A stretch of 48,703 bases of DNA from Flavobacteriales bacterium (GTDB lineage: Bacteria; Bacteroidota; Bacteroidia; Flavobacteriales; BACL11): NCBI GenBank assembly GCA_018652335.1, contig JABICI010000023.1, positions 1 through 48,703 of the forward strand, written 5' to 3'. A program made the position numbers and the translations under genes. This document shows positions 1-9,413 of the stretch, piece by piece. The notes below the pieces were generated by a model. The model did not search any database and was not told the origin of the DNA. It was given only the letters and a program-made list of their open reading frames with translations. How positions within the stretch are numbered: the stretch's first letter is position 1; the number at the start of each line of letters is the position of its first letter.

Positions 1-1
1 A

Positions 2-637
2 TTGTAGAGAAAAATCTTTATTATTTAATACACTTGTTTTTGTTAAATCAATAAAAAAAACTCTATTAATATTTTTTTCTTTTCTAATTATTTTTACTTT
101 TTTTCTGTTGCCAAACTGTGTTATATCACCGGATAAACTTAAAGCATATAAGATGTTTACATTAGGGTCAACAATTTTGTATGTACCCGGTTTATTAACT
201 TCACCAAGAATAGTGATTTCAAAATTTATAATATTTAATTTAACAACAGGATTTTCATAAAAAGATTTAGAAATTTCCTTGATAATATTTTCTAACTCAC
301 TTAGAGTGAATCCCACTGCTTTAACAAAACCTAATGATGGAAGTTCTAAATCACCGTTATCATCTACAAGAAAACCGTATAAATAAGGATTTTGAATCAT
401 TAATTGTGCATTATTACTACTTTCCATATTAAAGAAATCATGCTGCTCTTCAGTTGCCGAAGTAATTTGAACAGATAGTAAGTCTCCTCTTTGTAATCTA
501 TAATCTTGTGTATAAACTTCTTTCACTGTTAATTCCTTATTTGATCGCATATACTCTAAATCACGATTTGTAATACAAGAAGATAATATACAAAATGATA
601 TTAAATAAACAAATATAAATTTAGCTCTTGAATTCAT
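2..637 (-). CDS. Polysaccharide biosynthesis/export lipoprotein (Wza/Poly_export family), runs off the left edge
   Basis: Read manually, not in the ORF track. ATG at 637 gives MNSRAKFIFVYLISFCILSSCITNRDLEY with lipobox LSSC, then YRLQRGDLLS..., YLYGFLVDDNGDLELPSLG...VKAVGFTLSELE...NPVVKLNIINFEITILGEVNKPG...IYALSLSGDITQFGNRKKV, the typical Poly_export + SLBB pattern. Confidence 0.88.
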   Translation of the reverse strand, partial: MNSRAKFIFVYLISFCILSSCITNRDLEYMRSNKELTVKEVYTQDYRLQRGDLLSVQITSATEEQHDFFNMESSNNAQLMIQNPYLYGFLVDDNGDLELPSLGFVKAVGFTLSELENIIKEISKSFYENPVVKLNIINFEITILGEVNKPGTYKIVDPNVNILYALSLSGDITQFGNRKKVKIIRKEKNINRVFFIDLTKTSVLNNKDFSLQ

Positions 638-719
638 AGTAAGTTCTATTCAAAATTTAATGTTTTAACTTAAACAAATATCGTATTTTTTTTCAGATAT
701 ACATCTGATTAAAAAAAAA

Positions 720-2696
720 TTAATAATTAAGCAAATCCTTAAGCTGTTTCTCAAATCTAGATTTAGGTAAAAACTGATCTTCAAGATTAATAGAGAAAGG
801 TACAGGTGTATCTAATGATGAAGATCTTTTTACAGGCGCATCTAAAAACTTAAAACATTTATCAGAAACTAAAGAAGCTATATCTGCTCCAAATCCACCT
901 AACATGCAATCTTCATGTAAAACGATAGCTCTTCCTGTTTTCTTTACTGATTCAATAATCGTATTTTCATCAAGAGGAATTAATGTTCTCAAGTCAATTA
1001 AATCAGCTGAAATATCATTATTTCGATTCAACACATCCAAAGCCCAATGAACTCCCATCCCATAAGAAATAATAGTAACATCACATCCAGATCTTATTAG
1101 CTTAGCTTTGCCAAGCTCAATGGTAAAATAATCATCGGATACTAAGCCAGAAACACTTCTGTAAAGAGCCTTGTGTTCAAAAAACATCACAGGGTTTGGA
1201 TCATTAATAGAAGAAATAAGTAAACCCTTAGCATCTTCTGGAAAAGCAGGATAAACAACTTTTAAACCTGGAGTATGAGTAAACCAAGCTTCATTAGATT
1301 GTGAATGAAAAGGTCCTGCTCCTACTCCAGCCCCAGTTGGCATTCTTAAAACAACATCAACATTCTCACCCCATCTATAATGTGTTTTAGCTAAATTATT
1401 TACAACGGGATTAAATCCGGAAGTTACAAAGTCAGCAAATTGCATTTCCATAACAGCTTTGAAATTATTTATAGATAATCCAAGGGATGCGCTTACAATA
1501 GCAGATTCACATATAGGTGTATTTCTAACTCTTTCTTTTCCAAATAAATTAACAAATCCATCAGTAATCTTAAAGACCCCCCCATATTCTGCAATATCCT
1601 GACCCAACAAAACTAAGTTATCATGTTTAAACATTGATTGCTTTAAACCATCTGAAATTGCATCAACTAATCGTTTCTCTGATTTTTTATCTGAAGGCGG
1701 AATTGACAAAGAAGTATAAGAACAAAAGATATCCCTGAGTTCATCATTAACATTTGGCATTATCGAGGGTTCTTTATCAGCTTGTTCCCATGATAAATTA
1801 ATTTCATTCTTGATTTTTTCTTTATAAAAACTTACATCATCTAAGTTAATAATTGACTCATCAATAAGAAAAGATTCAAAGTTATTGATTGGATCTAGTT
1901 TTTGCCATTTTTTCATTAATTTATCAGGAACATATTTAGTTCCGGAAGCCTCTTCATGACCTCTCATTCTAAAAGTCATACATTCAATAATAAATGGCCT
2001 TGCTTTTTTTGAAATTTTATTTTTAATCTTTTTAACAGTATTGTAGACATCTAATATATTATTTCCATCAATCGTATGAGCCTCTATTCCATAACCAATT
2101 CCCTTATCTGCAAAATTTTTACATCTAAACTGTTCAGAACTTGGCGTTGAAAGACCATACCCATTATTTTCTATTATAAAAATAACTGGTAAATCCCAAA
2201 CAGCCGCAACATTTAAAGCTTCATGAAAATCCCCTTCACTTGTCGCACCATCTCCAGTAAAAACAGCTGTAACCTTATTATTTTTTTTTAGTAAATTTCC
2301 TAACGCAATTCCATCAGCAACACCAAGTTGAGGTCCTAAGTGTGATATCATTCCAATGATATGATTTTTTTTTGAACCAAAATGAAATGACCTATCTCTC
2401 CCCTTTGTAAAACCATTTGCTTTTCCTTGAAATTGAGAGAAAAGTCTTCTAAATTCAATATTTTTTGTAGTAAAAACACCGAGATTTCTATGCATCGGCA
2501 AAATAAATTCATCTTCATCTAGTGCAGATGTTACTCCGACTGAAATAGCTTCTTGTCCAATACCTGAAAACCACTTTGATATTTTACCTTGCCTTAAAAG
2601 AATAAGCATTTTTTCCTCAATTAATCTAGGAACAAGAAGTGATTTGTATAAATCAACAAGATTAGTATCTGATAATCCTTTTCTATTAAATTGCAT
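720..2696 (-). CDS. 2-oxoacid (probably branched-chain, 2-oxoisovalerate) dehydrogenase E1, fused alpha/beta subunit
   Basis: TPP-binding GDGATSEGDFHE...NN motif, RMRGHEE, and beta-half motifs GQDIAEYGGVF, NTPICE, EMQFADF, HSQSNEAWF. Confidence 0.92.
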   Translation of the reverse strand: MQFNRKGLSDTNLVDLYKSLLVPRLIEEKMLILLRQGKISKWFSGIGQEAISVGVTSALDEDEFILPMHRNLGVFTTKNIEFRRLFSQFQGKANGFTKGRDRSFHFGSKKNHIIGMISHLGPQLGVADGIALGNLLKKNNKVTAVFTGDGATSEGDFHEALNVAAVWDLPVIFIIENNGYGLSTPSSEQFRCKNFADKGIGYGIEAHTIDGNNILDVYNTVKKIKNKISKKARPFIIECMTFRMRGHEEASGTKYVPDKLMKKWQKLDPINNFESFLIDESIINLDDVSFYKEKIKNEINLSWEQADKEPSIMPNVNDELRDIFCSYTSLSIPPSDKKSEKRLVDAISDGLKQSMFKHDNLVLLGQDIAEYGGVFKITDGFVNLFGKERVRNTPICESAIVSASLGLSINNFKAVMEMQFADFVTSGFNPVVNNLAKTHYRWGENVDVVLRMPTGAGVGAGPFHSQSNEAWFTHTPGLKVVYPAFPEDAKGLLISSINDPNPVMFFEHKALYRSVSGLVSDDYFTIELGKAKLIRSGCDVTIISYGMGVHWALDVLNRNNDISADLIDLRTLIPLDENTIIESVKKTGRAIVLHEDCMLGGFGADIASLVSDKCFKFLDAPVKRSSSLDTPVPFSINLEDQFLPKSRFEKQLKDLLNY

Positions 2697-2758
2697 GTTT
2701 AAATATATTTGTGGCCAAATCTAGTTAATATTTTCTTTACTTTGTTAAAAATTAATAG

Positions 2759-2869
2759 ATGAACTGGCAAGACTTAGTTGTAAGTATAATTTTGATAATT
2801 GCGATTTATTATCTTTTTAATAGATTATATAAAAAGAAAGATTGTAATGATCATAACTGTTCCTGTTAG
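2759..2869 (+). CDS. Small Cys-rich membrane peptide (FeoB-associated Cys-rich membrane protein-like), 36 aa
   Basis: Read manually: MNWQDLVVSIILIIAIYYLFNRLYKKKDCNDHNCSC*. One TM helix, a basic patch and a Cys/His tail. Its stop codon abuts the ATG at 2870. Confidence 0.75.
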   Translation: MNWQDLVVSIILIIAIYYLFNRLYKKKDCNDHNCSC

Positions 2870-4702
2870 ATGTTATTCTTACTCAACTACTTACTGAAAT
2901 TAGCAGGTTTACTTGTAATATATACTACAACTAGGATTTATTTCTTTTTGAATAATAGAATAAACTTAGAAAGTTTTTCTTATATTGATTTTGTTGAAGG
3001 AATTCGGTTTGATCTGTCAGCATTAGTTTATATTAATATTCCAATTTTAATTCTACTTTTAGTTCCAACAAAATTAAGACACAATAAGGAATATCTAAAA
3101 TTAACAAATTCTTTATTTTATATTCTAAATTTCATTTTTATTGTTTTTAATAATATTGACATTGAATATTATAGATTTACTCAAAAAAGAAGCACATTTG
3201 ATTTCATTGAGCTAATTTTACTGGGAAAAGATGCAAGAAATATTATACCACAATATTTAAGTGAATACTGGAAAATTACATTATTTACTGCAGTTCAAAT
3301 TTGGTTTCTTTTTAAAATAAATAACAAATATCAATTGTATAATAGCTCTTTAAAAAAGAATATTTTTAAAAGAATTCTGCCACTTTTACTTGGAACTTTA
3401 ATATTTATAATTTTAGCTAGAGGTGGCTTTCAATTAAAACCAATAAAACCAATAAATGCTGGAGAAATAAGCAACTCAAAAAACACATCTTTAATTCTAA
3501 ATACTCCATTTACTATTTTACATTCTTTAGATGAAAACAAATTAATATCTTATAGCTATTTTGATAAATTTGAGCTAGATAGTATTTACAAAACAACTCA
3601 TATTTTCGATAATAAAGATAATAAACCAAATATAATTATCTTAATAATGGAGAGTTACTCAAAGGAATATATTGGCTTTTACAACAAAGGAAATGGAAGT
3701 ACACCTTTTTTAGATAGTTTAATGCATCATAGTCTAGTATTTACAAATGCTTATGCAAATGGCTTGAAATCCATAGAAGCACTACCAGCTATTACAGCAT
3801 CTATCCCATCACTAATGGATGATCCATTTATTACTTCTAATTATGCTCAAAATAGTTTTGAAAGTATTGCATCATTACTTAATAAACAAGATTATAACAC
3901 ATCATTTTATCATGGTGGCTACAAAGGAACTATGGGCTTCTACAGTTTTTGCAAAAAAGCAAGATTTTCTGATTACTTTGGACTTGAAGAATATGATAAC
4001 ATTAATGATTTTGATAAAAGCTGGGGTATATATGACAAACCATTCTTCCAATATTTTGCAGAAAATGTAAACATAAAAGGAGAACCTTTCTTTAGTACTT
4101 TCTTTTCCTTAAGTTCTCATCCACCATACACTTTACCAAATGATTATTTAAAAGAAATTGACGAGGAAAGTAGAATTGGAATTAGAGAAACGATTTTATA
4201 TTCAGATTTTTCGATGAAAAATTTCTTTAATAATGTAAAAAATAAAAAATGGTTTAATAACACAATTTTTATAATAACAGCTGATCATACATCTGCAGAA
4301 AATTTTAATATCAAATACAATAATAAAATTGGTAGATATACAATACCATTAATTATTTATGCTCCTGACAGTTCATTTAAAGGAATAAATAGTAATGTGG
4401 TACAGCAAATTGACATCATGCCTACAGTTTTAGATATAATCGGATATAATAAGCCATTTTTCTCATTTGGAAAGTCAATGTTTTCAGAAAATAATTGGGC
4501 AATCAACTATATTCAGAATGAATATTGTTTAATAAAAGATAATTCAATTATCTTAAGTAAAACTGAAAATTATAGTTCTTATAAAGATTGGAGTTTAACT
4601 GATACAAACATGATTAATGTTAATAACATCAATTTATTAAAAGCAATAAAGCAAGATTACAACTACAGGATGATAAATAATAAAATTAAATATGAAAACT
4701 AG
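2870..4702 (+). CDS. LTA synthase-family (LtaS/OpgB-like) sulfatase-fold phosphotransferase
   Basis: About five N-terminal TM segments (GIRFDLSAL, ARGG), PNIIILIMES, NGLKSIEAL, SSHPPY, ITADH, QQIDIMPT. Confidence 0.88.
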   Translation: MLFLLNYLLKLAGLLVIYTTTRIYFFLNNRINLESFSYIDFVEGIRFDLSALVYINIPILILLLVPTKLRHNKEYLKLTNSLFYILNFIFIVFNNIDIEYYRFTQKRSTFDFIELILLGKDARNIIPQYLSEYWKITLFTAVQIWFLFKINNKYQLYNSSLKKNIFKRILPLLLGTLIFIILARGGFQLKPIKPINAGEISNSKNTSLILNTPFTILHSLDENKLISYSYFDKFELDSIYKTTHIFDNKDNKPNIIILIMESYSKEYIGFYNKGNGSTPFLDSLMHHSLVFTNAYANGLKSIEALPAITASIPSLMDDPFITSNYAQNSFESIASLLNKQDYNTSFYHGGYKGTMGFYSFCKKARFSDYFGLEEYDNINDFDKSWGIYDKPFFQYFAENVNIKGEPFFSTFFSLSSHPPYTLPNDYLKEIDEESRIGIRETILYSDFSMKNFFNNVKNKKWFNNTIFIITADHTSAENFNIKYNNKIGRYTIPLIIYAPDSSFKGINSNVVQQIDIMPTVLDIIGYNKPFFSFGKSMFSENNWAINYIQNEYCLIKDNSIILSKTENYSSYKDWSLTDTNMINVNNINLLKAIKQDYNYRMINNKIKYEN

Positions 4703-5549
4703 ATTTATTATTAATCCAATTTCTGGTACTGGAAAACAAATAGGAATTGAACATTATATTTCAAAAAAATTTGACAATTATGATCTTTATTTCACTGAGC
4801 ATTCAGGTCACGCAAAAATTTTAGCTAAACAAGCAGTGTGTGAGAATATAAATTTATTAGTTATAATCGGTGGAGATGGTACTATTAATGAATGCTTAGA
4901 ACCGCTTGTGAACTCAAACACAATTCTATTCACAATACCATGCGGTTCTGGAAATGGATTTGCTAAACATTTAGCAATTAATACTAATATTAAAAAAGCT
5001 CTAACTAGTATTAAAGATTCATCAATAAAATTAGTTGATGTTGGATATGTTAATAATAAACCATTTATTAATGTTGCAGGAATAGGTTTTGATGCGCATA
5101 TAGCAAAATTATTCTCTAAATCTATTAAAAGAGGACTTTTAAGCTACGTACTTATTATTTTAAAAGAATTTTTTTACAGTGCTAATGAGTATCAAATAGA
5201 GTTTGAAAATATTAGTAAAAAAGTATACGCATATATGATTTCATTTGCTAACTCAAGTCAATTTGGCAACAACGTTAAAATTTCTCCTTTAGCTAAAATA
5301 AACGACGGATTAATTGATTTTGTTATTGTGAAAAAGTTTCCTAAATGGAAAATACTATTTGTATTGTACAAGCTTTTAAATGGATCAATTCATAATTCAA
5401 GTTTTGTAGAAATCATTAGATGTAATAAAATGAAGATTAATTCTAATAATTATTTAGTGCATCTAGATGGAGAACCTCATATATTTAATGAGCAAATCAA
5501 TATAACTATTTTAAAAAAATCAATAAAAGTATTAACTCCAAATGGCTAA
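4692..5549 (+). CDS. Diacylglycerol/lipid kinase family protein (YegS/DagK)
   Basis: IINPISG, GGDGTINE, PCGSGNGFA, GIGFDA and HLDGE motifs. Confidence 0.92.
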   Translation: MKTRFIINPISGTGKQIGIEHYISKKFDNYDLYFTEHSGHAKILAKQAVCENINLLVIIGGDGTINECLEPLVNSNTILFTIPCGSGNGFAKHLAINTNIKKALTSIKDSSIKLVDVGYVNNKPFINVAGIGFDAHIAKLFSKSIKRGLLSYVLIILKEFFYSANEYQIEFENISKKVYAYMISFANSSQFGNNVKISPLAKINDGLIDFVIVKKFPKWKILFVLYKLLNGSIHNSSFVEIIRCNKMKINSNNYLVHLDGEPHIFNEQINITILKKSIKVLTPNG

Positions 5550-5877
5550 AAAAAATAAACGAAAAGGAATAATGTATTCAACTAATCCTGATTATGACTA
5601 TGAATATGAAGACAGTGAACAAGAGACGATTTTAAATGATATGCAACTATTACATGTGCATATTGATAAGCATAGAGCTGGTAAAACTGCTGTTATCATA
5701 AAAGGTTTCATTGGCACTAAAAATGATTTAATTTCTCTTAGTAAAATATTAAAAAAGAATTGTGGTGTAGGTGGTAGTGTTAAAAATCAAGAAATAATTA
5801 TTCAAGGTAATTTTAGAGAAAAGATTATGACTATTCTTAACAATGAAGGATATAAAACTAAAAGAATAGGTGGATAA
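5542..5877 (+). CDS. yciH: Translation initiation factor SUI1/YciH family protein
   Basis: MYSTNPD start typical of Bacteroidota, RAGKTAVIIKGF, LKKNCGVGGSVK, IIIQG, terminal KRIGG. Confidence 0.9.
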   Translation: MAKKNKRKGIMYSTNPDYDYEYEDSEQETILNDMQLLHVHIDKHRAGKTAVIIKGFIGTKNDLISLSKILKKNCGVGGSVKNQEIIIQGNFREKIMTILNNEGYKTKRIGG

Positions 5878-5878
5878 G

Positions 5879-5960
5879 TGCCCAGAGCGGGAGTCGAACC
5901 CGCACATCCTAGGATACATGACCCTCAATCATGCCTGTCTACCAATTTCAGCACCTGGGC
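5879..5960 (-). tRNA. tRNA-Leu(GAG)
   Basis: Reverse complement GCCCAGGTGCTGAAATTGGTAGACAGG-CATGA-TT-GAG-GG-TCATG-...GTGCGGGTTCGACTCCCGC-TCTGGGCA, with a long variable arm. Confidence 0.95.
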
Positions 5961-5996
5961 AAAAAAGAAAAAAATCTCACTAAGTGAGATTCTTTC
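5961..5996 (-). terminator. Intrinsic terminator-like hairpin between tRNA-Lys and tRNA-Leu
   Basis: Minus strand AATCTCAC-TTA-GTGAGATT followed by TTTTTCTTTTTT. Confidence 0.7.
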
Positions 5997-6000
5997 TATG

Positions 6001-6073
6001 TGACCTGGCTGGGGCTCGAACCCAGGACCCCATCATTAAAAGTGATGTGCTCTACCAACTGAGCTACCAAGTC
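6001..6073 (-). tRNA. tRNA-Lys(TTT)
   Basis: Reverse complement GACTTGGTAGCTCAGTTGGTAGAGCA-CATCA-CT-TTT-AA-TGATG-GGGTCCTGGGTTCGAGCCCCAG-CCAGGTCA. Confidence 0.96.
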
Positions 6074-6083
6074 AAAACGGCTG

Positions 6084-6091
6084 CAAATATA
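6084..6091 (-). promoter_or_regulatory. Bacteroidota -7 promoter element (TATATTTG) for tRNA-Lys
   Basis: Exact TAnnTTTG match 10 nt upstream of the tRNA. Confidence 0.7.
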
Positions 6092-6202
6092 TTACTTTTA
6101 ATTAATCAGTATATTTTTTTTAGTTACAATTTTTAAAAATTTTAATACACATTGAGATTAAATTAAAAACTTTTATTTTTACATTAAATTAATCTAGATA
6201 AT

Positions 6203-6709
6203 ATGATTTTTATTATTGGTTTTATGGGCGTAGGAAAATCTACTATTGGTAAACAACTTGCTTTGCAGATGAATGTTAATTTCGTCGACGTTGACAAAGA
6301 AATAGAATTATCTGAAGAAACTTCAATAGCAGAAATTTTTAATGAAAGAGGAGAAGAATATTTTAGAAAAATTGAATCTAGAATAATAAGAAGATTACAA
6401 CCAAATTCAATTATTGCTTGCGGAGGCGGATTACCATGTTACAATGATAATATAAAATATATCAACGATAAGGGAGTTAGCATATATTTGTATGCAGATG
6501 AAAGCAATATTTTAAAAAGAATAAAAAAAAATATTGCAAATCGTCCTTTAATTAATGATATAAAAAAGAAAGATTTAAAATCTTACGTTAAATCAAAAGT
6601 CAGAGAAAGATCGGATATTTATAATAAGGCTAATTTCACTATAAACACAAATAATAAATCAGAGACAGAAATATTAACTCAAATACACTCCTTGCTCAAC
6701 TCCATCTAA
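6203..6709 (+). CDS. aroK: Shikimate kinase
   Basis: GFMGVGKST P-loop, DVDKEIE, GEEYFRKIE, ACGGG, NRPL. Confidence 0.93.
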   Translation: MIFIIGFMGVGKSTIGKQLALQMNVNFVDVDKEIELSEETSIAEIFNERGEEYFRKIESRIIRRLQPNSIIACGGGLPCYNDNIKYINDKGVSIYLYADESNILKRIKKNIANRPLINDIKKKDLKSYVKSKVRERSDIYNKANFTINTNNKSETEILTQIHSLLNSI

Positions 6710-7177
6710 AACAACACTAATATATTCTTGAAGAGTTGTTGCTAGAGAAAAACCAATATAATCAGCTTTAACAGGAAAGCGTGTATGTGTTCTATTTACT
6801 AATACTAAATTAGATAATTTTTTAAGTTTAATATTTAAAAAAGATGCATTTGCATACATTAATGTTTTACCTGAGTTAAGCACATCATCAATTAAAATCA
6901 CGATTTTGTTAGTACAATTAATTTTATCAAAATTGGTTGAAATTTTATTAAGAGATGGCTGATCCTTATTTAAAGTAATCACCCCTAAATTAATCTTTAA
7001 TGAAGATATATCATTTAAAATTATTGATAATTCAGAACAGATTATTTCTCCACGCCCTTTAATACCTACTAGAAAAATTTCAGACTCACCTAAATTATTC
7101 TCATATATCTGCCAAGCTAGCCTAACAAGTTTGTTTCTAATCTCTTCTCTACTTAATATTTTATTCTTATTCTTCAT
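6674..7177 (-). CDS. Phosphoribosyltransferase, PyrR-like
   Basis: RLAWQIYENN, ILIDDVLNSGKTL PRPP loop, RFPVKADYIG. Confidence 0.85.
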   Translation of the reverse strand: MKNKNKILSREEIRNKLVRLAWQIYENNLGESEIFLVGIKGRGEIICSELSIILNDISSLKINLGVITLNKDQPSLNKISTNFDKINCTNKIVILIDDVLNSGKTLMYANASFLNIKLKKLSNLVLVNRTHTRFPVKADYIGFSLATTLQEYISVVLDGVEQGVYLS

Positions 7178-7182
7178 ATTCG

Positions 7183-7190
7183 CAAATATA
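7183..7190 (-). promoter_or_regulatory. -7 promoter element TATATTTG, 5 nt before the PyrR-like ATG
   Basis: Minus strand TATATTTG-CGAAT-ATG. Confidence 0.65.
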
Positions 7191-7361
7191 AATAATTGGG
7201 AAAGACAATTAACAAAAAGTTAATATTTGATTCTAAGTAAATACAAATACGTAATTATAATTTTATTATATTTGTTGTAACATGATTTACAAGTGATTCC
7301 ACCCTTTTTGGAAATGTACAAATATTTTTTTCGTAAAATGTCGATTTAAAAAAAAAAAAAA

Positions 7362-8120
7362 ATGAACAAACTACTTACCTCTTTATGTATAACTTTTGCA
7401 TTCTTAATTTCTTTATACCCAACAATATCTATTTCAAACAGTACCGGTTCACCTGGAGGCAAGACAGGATCACCTTCAGATGTAAGTAACTGTATGGGTT
7501 GTCACTCCGACGCCGGACCAGGTGATGGTGCAGATATAACAACAAATATTCCTATCAATGGGTATATACCTGGATCAACATATAGTATTACTGTATCATC
7601 ATCTGGTAACTTATTTGGAACAAATGGGTTTGAATTCACCTGTGAAGATAATATGAACAATAAAGTTGGGAATTTTGCTATAACTAATTCATCTTTAACA
7701 CAATTCGTAAACAATAGCAACGCTGTAACACATACACCTTCAGGAAATTCATCAAGTTCATGGAGTTTTGACTGGATAGCACCTCCACCTGGAACTGGTG
7801 ACATCACATTTTATACAGCGATAATACAGGGTGGCTATCCAATAGGACAAAATAATGGAGATTTTTTCAGCTCTTCATCGCTAACTTTTAATGAAGCTAT
7901 TGTTAACACTGTAAATAATTTAGAAAAAAAGGATGATTTCTTATTCAACTCTAAATTAAAAACAGTTAATCTTTTAAATTGTGATAATATTTCAATCTAT
8001 AACACTAATGGAAAGCTAGTGGTGAGTTCATCTGAAAAAACACTAAATCTAAATACTTTGTATAAAGGAGTCTATATATTAAAATCTAATAATAAGATTC
8101 AAAAAATAAGTATTAATTAA
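7362..8120 (+). CDS. Secreted Reeler-like (choice-of-anchor V type) protein with CxxCH motif and T9SS C-terminal sorting domain
   Basis: Signal peptide; GKTGSPSD..NCMGCH; GYIPGSTYSITV; GFE; WSFDWIAP..GTGDITFY; C-terminus IYNTNGKLV...LYKGVYILK..KIQKISIN. Confidence 0.78.
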   Translation: MNKLLTSLCITFAFLISLYPTISISNSTGSPGGKTGSPSDVSNCMGCHSDAGPGDGADITTNIPINGYIPGSTYSITVSSSGNLFGTNGFEFTCEDNMNNKVGNFAITNSSLTQFVNNSNAVTHTPSGNSSSSWSFDWIAPPPGTGDITFYTAIIQGGYPIGQNNGDFFSSSSLTFNEAIVNTVNNLEKKDDFLFNSKLKTVNLLNCDNISIYNTNGKLVVSSSEKTLNLNTLYKGVYILKSNNKIQKISIN

Positions 8121-8278
8121 TTTTATAATTTTTAAAAATACCCTAATCAAACAATTTAGATAAACTTTTTAAAAAACTGAAAAACAAGTATTTAAATTAA
8201 AAAAATGACATTTTGTCATACTACTCTAATCATAAATATTGATTAAAATAATACTTTCTATAAATACTTTTTGCCAAA

Positions 8279-8956
8279 ATGAGAATAGACATAATTACAA
8301 TTTTTCCAGATTTTTTTAACAACTTTTTTAATTATTCGATTATTAATCGAGCACAAGAAAAAAATATAGTTGAACTTCATATTCACAATTTAAGAGATTA
8401 TTCAGCTAATAAGCAAAAAAGTGTAGACGACTACCAATATGGAGGTGGAGCAGGCATGGTAATGACAATACAACCAATAGACGAATGCATCAATACACTA
8501 AAGAGTCAAAGAGAATATGATGAAATTATTTACCTATCTCCCGATGGACATACATTAAATCAAAAAATATGTAATAAATTATCTATTAATGAAAATTTAA
8601 TTTTTTTATGTGGCCACTACAAAGGAATTGACCAAAGAGTTAGAGATATACATATAACAAAAGAAATAAGTATTGGAGATTATGTTCTCACTGGAGGAGA
8701 GGCAGCTGCAGCTATATTGGTAGATGCAGTAGTTAGACTTATTCCTGGTGTAATTTCAGATGAAACATCAGCTTTGACAGATTCTTTTCAAGATAATTTA
8801 CTTGCTCCTCCAATTTATACAAGACCATCAAATTTTAACGGACATAAAGTACCTGATATATTACTATCTGGCAATGAACAAAAAATCAATACTTGGAGAG
8901 ATGAAGAATCATTAAGAAAAACTAAAGCATATAGACCAGATTTATTAGAAGAATAA
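8279..8956 (+). CDS. trmD: tRNA (guanine37-N1)-methyltransferase
   Basis: [50 protein letters not shown]. Confidence 0.97.
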   Translation: MRIDIITIFPDFFNNFFNYSIINRAQEKNIVELHIHNLRDYSANKQKSVDDYQYGGGAGMVMTIQPIDECINTLKSQREYDEIIYLSPDGHTLNQKICNKLSINENLIFLCGHYKGIDQRVRDIHITKEISIGDYVLTGGEAAAAILVDAVVRLIPGVISDETSALTDSFQDNLLAPPIYTRPSNFNGHKVPDILLSGNEQKINTWRDEESLRKTKAYRPDLLEE

Positions 8957-9032
8957 AATTATATAAATCTTATACTGTATTAAAAAATATCCTTAATATT
9001 GCAAACCGATTTTGAAACTAACATTTATAAAA

Positions 9033-9380
9033 ATGAACATTACAGATACCATTGCAAATGAATTAGTACCTTCTAGAGATTTTCCATCTTTTAAGGCAGG
9101 TGACAATATAACTGTCTACTACACTATTAAAGAAGGAGATAAACAAAGAACTCAGCTTTTTAAAGGTGATGTTTTACAAACTAAAGGCACAGGTGCAACA
9201 GAAACTTTTACTGTAAGAAAAATTTCTCATTCAGTAGGTGTTGAAAGAATATTCCCATTAAACTCTCCGTTAATAGAAAAAATTGAAGTAAATAAGAAAG
9301 GTAGAGTGAGAAGGGCTAAAATTTACTACTTAAGAGAATTAACTGGTAAAAAAGCTAGAATTAAAGAAGTTAAGTCATAA
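9033..9380 (+). CDS. rplS: 50S ribosomal protein L19 (ATG at 9033 preferred over TTG at 9012)
   Basis: [55 protein letters not shown]. Confidence 0.97.
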   Translation: MNITDTIANELVPSRDFPSFKAGDNITVYYTIKEGDKQRTQLFKGDVLQTKGTGATETFTVRKISHSVGVERIFPLNSPLIEKIEVNKKGRVRRAKIYYLRELTGKKARIKEVKS

Positions 9381-9385
9381 ATAAT

Positions 9386-9413
9386 AAAAATCCTGCAGTT
9401 TGCAGGATTTTTT
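9386..9413. terminator. Bidirectional intrinsic terminator between convergent rplS and OmpA-family gene
   Basis: AAAAATCCTGCA-GTT-TGCAGGATTTTTT. Confidence 0.85.

Noticed and set aside
720-2696. Fusion of E1 alpha and beta subunits
   Set aside because: Normal architecture in Bacteroidota; not novel.
6674-6709. 36-bp convergent overlap of aroK and the PyrR-like gene
   Set aside because: Common in compact genomes; no sign of a special function.
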